The notes below the pieces were generated by a model, which saw only the letters and a program-made list of their open reading frames with translations, was not told the DNA's origin and ran no database searches. Source: a virus (Duplodnaviria; Caudoviricetes). Taken from it: a stretch of DNA of 40,084 nt. The position numbers and the translations under genes are program-made. Of this stretch, positions 37,116 through 40,084 are shown piece after piece. The stretch is taken from positions 1-40,084 of the IMG/VR virus record IMGVR_UViG_3300020045_003004; one strand, 5' to 3'. Every line of letters begins with the position of its first letter. Position 1 is the first letter of the stretch.

Positions 37116-37271
37116 ATGAATGAATTTGAACATTTTTTTGAACTGAGTATGTTATATGTATCAACAGATGTCATATCACTACAACAATTAGGACTTACAA
37201 ACACAAATGAACTTATGGAAGCTATAATTTGTGAGTTGTTAATAAATGGAAACCAAGAGGTGAAATTATGA
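37116..37271 (+). CDS. Small protein, 51 aa (not in track)
   Basis: SD GGAGGTGA. Confidence 0.55.
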   Translation: MNEFEHFFELSMLYVSTDVISLQQLGLTNTNELMEAIICELLINGNQEVKL

Positions 37272-37426
37272 AACATGACCATTTAGATATTTTATCAATG
37301 GACAAATACATCGTTTATAACGACGAAATATATTATTTTGTAACTTTAGCTACGCCTTCAGGTATGACTCATTCAATAAAAGTAAGCGAAGAAGATTATA
37401 ATAGGTTAAAGGTGAAGACAAAATGA
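37268..37426 (+). CDS. Small protein, 52 aa (not in track)
   Basis: SD GAGGTGA; ATGA coupling. Confidence 0.55.
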   Translation: MKHDHLDILSMDKYIVYNDEIYYFVTLATPSGMTHSIKVSEEDYNRLKVKTK

Positions 37427-37572
37427 AAGGCGTAATCAAAATGATTTATATCCGTAAAGACCAAGCTAAATGGATTGACAACCATCAATCTATGAATTTC
37501 TCGGGTTTATGTAGAGACTTCATCGACGAGATGATGCTTGATGATAAGTCATTTCATAAGAAGAAAAAGTAA
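37423..37572 (+). CDS. Ribbon-helix-helix DNA-binding protein, 49 aa (not in track)
   Basis: MKGVIKMIYIRKDQAKWIDNHQSMNFSGLCRDFIDEMM: alternating strand, helix, NxS helix cap; SD AGGTGA. Confidence 0.7.
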   Translation: MKGVIKMIYIRKDQAKWIDNHQSMNFSGLCRDFIDEMMLDDKSFHKKKK

Positions 37573-37617
37573 TGTATACTACAAAATATATATTACAATA
37601 TACTCTTTTTTATTTAA

Positions 37618-37632
37618 TAATGTTTATAAATA
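37618..37632 (+). promoter_or_regulatory. Promoter of the replication operon
   Basis: TTTATAAATA at 37623, preceded by an oligo-T tract near 37605. Confidence 0.55.
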
Positions 37633-37681
37633 GATAGATTAAAGAATACGGTAAGTTATAAGATTTTAAGAAGGTGTGTGG

Positions 37682-37864
37682 ATGAGCGATAAGAAAGATT
37701 TTATAGTGTTTATGGATGAAAACGATACAAAAAAGGAGTTATTCGTTGACATCGTAGAGATTCAAAATTCATTTGTTACCTTCAGAACATTTTCTAACTT
37801 AATAACTATACCGAGTTCTAGAGTTTTAAAAATTAAAAGAAGGGATGAAGATGGAAGTAAATAA
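37682..37864 (+). CDS. Small Sm-like beta-barrel protein
   Basis: FVTFRT...LITIPSSRVLKIK pattern; SD AAGGTG. Confidence 0.45.
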   Translation: MSDKKDFIVFMDENDTKKELFVDIVEIQNSFVTFRTFSNLITIPSSRVLKIKRRDEDGSK

Positions 37865-40084
37865 ACAACGCGAATATTTACAAAAAGTAAATAGTATCAA
37901 CCATACTCCGACCTTTGTTTATCTTGATATATTTGACGATAAGACTTACAAGTTTCACCCCGGAAATAAATACCAAATTGGGAAGTATCAACTCGTAGAC
38001 CATCGAACTGTTGGTTCTAATGAAATAATCTTTGAGCTTGACTTCCCTTCTTGGTCTAAAAATTCTGAAGTTGCAAAACGTATCTGCACCACTTTAGAAA
38101 ATAGAAACTGGAACTACAATATATATGTTAGTGGCGGCAAAGGTATTCATATTAGCATCTGGTTTAATAAAATAAAATTCGATGATGCAAATGGTCTTTC
38201 TAAAAAATTTGAAGAAGCATTATCTTATCGTTTAACTTACAAGCTAATACGATTTTGGCTTTGGAAGCTAGTACTCGAAGAAGCTGGTATTTACGATTCT
38301 GAACTTTGTAAGGATGGAGGCAAAATAGATAGAGCTCCAATCAACTTCGATGAAGAGACTAATAAGGTTCATCCGATTAGATGTTGTGGCGGTCGCAAAC
38401 AAGTTTATGATAAAGATTTGAAAAAGACAGTTGTAACATACAAGAGTTTAATCAAATTTGAAGATTTATCAGAGAAAAAGGTATCCATCGACAATATAAA
38501 CGATGTTATCTACCCTGAAAACCTGAGTTTCATGGAGATTGACCAATCAGAATTTGCATCTTTCCTTGATTCTTATATAGAAGAACAAAAAACAAAGAAT
38601 AACACGCCAATAAAGGAGGTTCCTCAAGGAATAGTGTATACTGAGCTGGATAGCGTAAAAACGATTCTTGAAGGTTTAAACACTGGCCAAAGGTCAGTTG
38701 GCGCTAAAATCATAGCTATAGCCTGTAAACTAGATGGTTTAAGCATTGATAGATGTAAGCAAAGCATGATTTCTTACGTTAATAACTGTAGTCAAGCAGG
38801 CGATTCTTTCACTATTGAAGAAGCCGAACGTTGGGTTGAGTGGGTTTATAGTCAGCAAAAGGTATTTTGGAACTGTAGTTTAGCTGCATCAATTCATGTT
38901 CATGAACGAGATACTTGTCTTCTTTGTAAAACATTAAATAAAGAGACCAACAAGATACTTCAAGAAAAAGACTTACTTGGAAGGATTGATAAATTTTTAG
39001 GTCGAACAATAATTGGCGAGAAGAAGAACAGAATATTAACATTCTTATTGATGCTTAGCAGTCGTTTCAAAGTCGATAAAGATTTCAACATACCAGGAGA
39101 CCCAAAACCTGCTAGTGTAATATTTTCGAGTATGAGTGCGAGTGGTAAATCATATATGACAAAACAGATATTGCCACTCTTCGGAGAAGAAAATATTGAC
39201 TACTACGCTTTCAGCCGTATGACTAAACAATCATTAAACTACTTTGTGGATGTAGATATGAATGGTAAAATACTATTTGTCGAAGAACTACAAGGAATGG
39301 ATGCTGAATCAAATCAATTAAGACTTTGGATTTCTGAAGGAGTGCTCAAGCTTTCAACCATTGAGGATGTTAAAGATGATGAAGGTAATACAACCAAACA
39401 GTTAGTTATCAAAAAGACAAAAGGACAACCTGTATTTGTAACAGGAACAGCTGAGGATGTTATTGATGAACAACTAAATAACAGAAGCTGGTTGATATCG
39501 ATGGATATTGGTAAAGCACAGAATAAAAGAATTTTAGCTTATGAAGATAAAGTAGCTGCTGGATATGTTAGACAAGACATAACCGAATTAAGGATGCTAC
39601 AAGATTGTATCAAGCTCTTGAAACCATATCATTTCATCATTCCATATTATAATTATGAGACCCTAAACATACCAACTGATGATGTTAGGATAAGAAGAGA
39701 CTACGCAAAATTCAGATATATGATATGCTGTGTTGCATTACTGCACCAGAAGCAAAGATACAAGGTTAAAGACTCATCAAATGGTAATGAATATATTTTA
39801 TGCACCTTTGATGATTACGAAATTGCAAAAGAATACTGTCAAGATGTACTCCAAGCAACATTTAGCGGTTTAACGTCACAACAAATCGATGTCCTTGACC
39901 AAATCAAAGAACAAGCTTGGGCTGTTGAATTTGAATCTGAGAATGTACAAAAACTAACTGGTTGGAGCCAACAAAAAACACATAGCGTTTTGAAACAATT
40001 AGAAGAAGTTGGCGTAATAACAAGCCGTGGTCATGCACGTGGAATTAGTACAATTTATAGTTTAAATCCATCAAAAAAACTGAT
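37851..40084 (+). CDS. AEP primase - helical domain - MCM-like AAA+ helicase - winged helix fusion, 3'-truncated by the window
   Basis: Hand translation open from ATG 37851 to the window end: IFELD, SGGKGIH (AEP); GQRS...IAIAC (PriCT/PriX-like); Walker A SSMSASGKS, Walker B LFVEE, QLNNRS, RIRRD; terminal wHTH-like LTGWSQQKTHSVLKQLEEVGVI. Confidence 0.85.
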   Translation, partial: MEVNKQREYLQKVNSINHTPTFVYLDIFDDKTYKFHPGNKYQIGKYQLVDHRTVGSNEIIFELDFPSWSKNSEVAKRICTTLENRNWNYNIYVSGGKGIHISIWFNKIKFDDANGLSKKFEEALSYRLTYKLIRFWLWKLVLEEAGIYDSELCKDGGKIDRAPINFDEETNKVHPIRCCGGRKQVYDKDLKKTVVTYKSLIKFEDLSEKKVSIDNINDVIYPENLSFMEIDQSEFASFLDSYIEEQKTKNNTPIKEVPQGIVYTELDSVKTILEGLNTGQRSVGAKIIAIACKLDGLSIDRCKQSMISYVNNCSQAGDSFTIEEAERWVEWVYSQQKVFWNCSLAASIHVHERDTCLLCKTLNKETNKILQEKDLLGRIDKFLGRTIIGEKKNRILTFLLMLSSRFKVDKDFNIPGDPKPASVIFSSMSASGKSYMTKQILPLFGEENIDYYAFSRMTKQSLNYFVDVDMNGKILFVEELQGMDAESNQLRLWISEGVLKLSTIEDVKDDEGNTTKQLVIKKTKGQPVFVTGTAEDVIDEQLNNRSWLISMDIGKAQNKRILAYEDKVAAGYVRQDITELRMLQDCIKLLKPYHFIIPYYNYETLNIPTDDVRIRRDYAKFRYMICCVALLHQKQRYKVKDSSNGNEYILCTFDDYEIAKEYCQDVLQATFSGLTSQQIDVLDQIKEQAWAVEFESENVQKLTGWSQQKTHSVLKQLEEVGVITSRGHARGISTIYSLNPSKKL

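Noticed and set aside
771-39042. All minus-strand ORFs in the track (e.g. 5464-5937, 15860-16378, 34351-34770, 36323-36763, 38812-39042)
   Set aside because: They lie antisense to well-supported + strand genes, have no recognisable motifs, and look like codon-bias shadows.
1-40084. Stop-codon reassignment, introns/inteins, integrase or att sites
   Set aside because: Genes tile densely under the standard code, PolB and TerL motifs are contiguous with normal lengths, and no recombinase motif was seen.

Overview
The window is most of the genome of a tailed HK97-fold (Caudoviricetes, siphovirus-like) virus, with essentially all real genes on the + strand. An archaeal host, plausibly DPANN/Nanoarchaeota, is inferred from GGAGG/AGGTGA ribosome-binding sites, TTTAWA TATA boxes, oligo-T terminators, an archaeal-type PolB, an ERCC4 nuclease and an RHH regulator. 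Gene order: HNH-like nuclease; putative 7-deazaguanine DNA-modification cluster; PolB; small ORFs; ERCC4; TerS/TerL; extended portal; MuF; protease/scaffold; major capsid protein; five tandem small beta-rich paralogs; three signal-peptide/TM proteins rich in N-glycosylation sequons; neck and tail genes with a -1 frameshift chaperone and a short tape measure; candidate lysis and nucleotide-metabolism genes; early small ORFs; and an AEP primase-MCM-like helicase fusion running off the right edge (absent from the ORF track). The most unusual signals are the apparently secreted glyco-fibre module, the DpdL/DpdA-like cluster alongside apparent absence of GATC, and a portal/MuF polyprotein design with repeated [LVMF]K-[AS] sites. 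Bases 1-121 exactly duplicate part of polB and may be an assembly chimera. All family calls come from motif recognition by eye; no searches were run.
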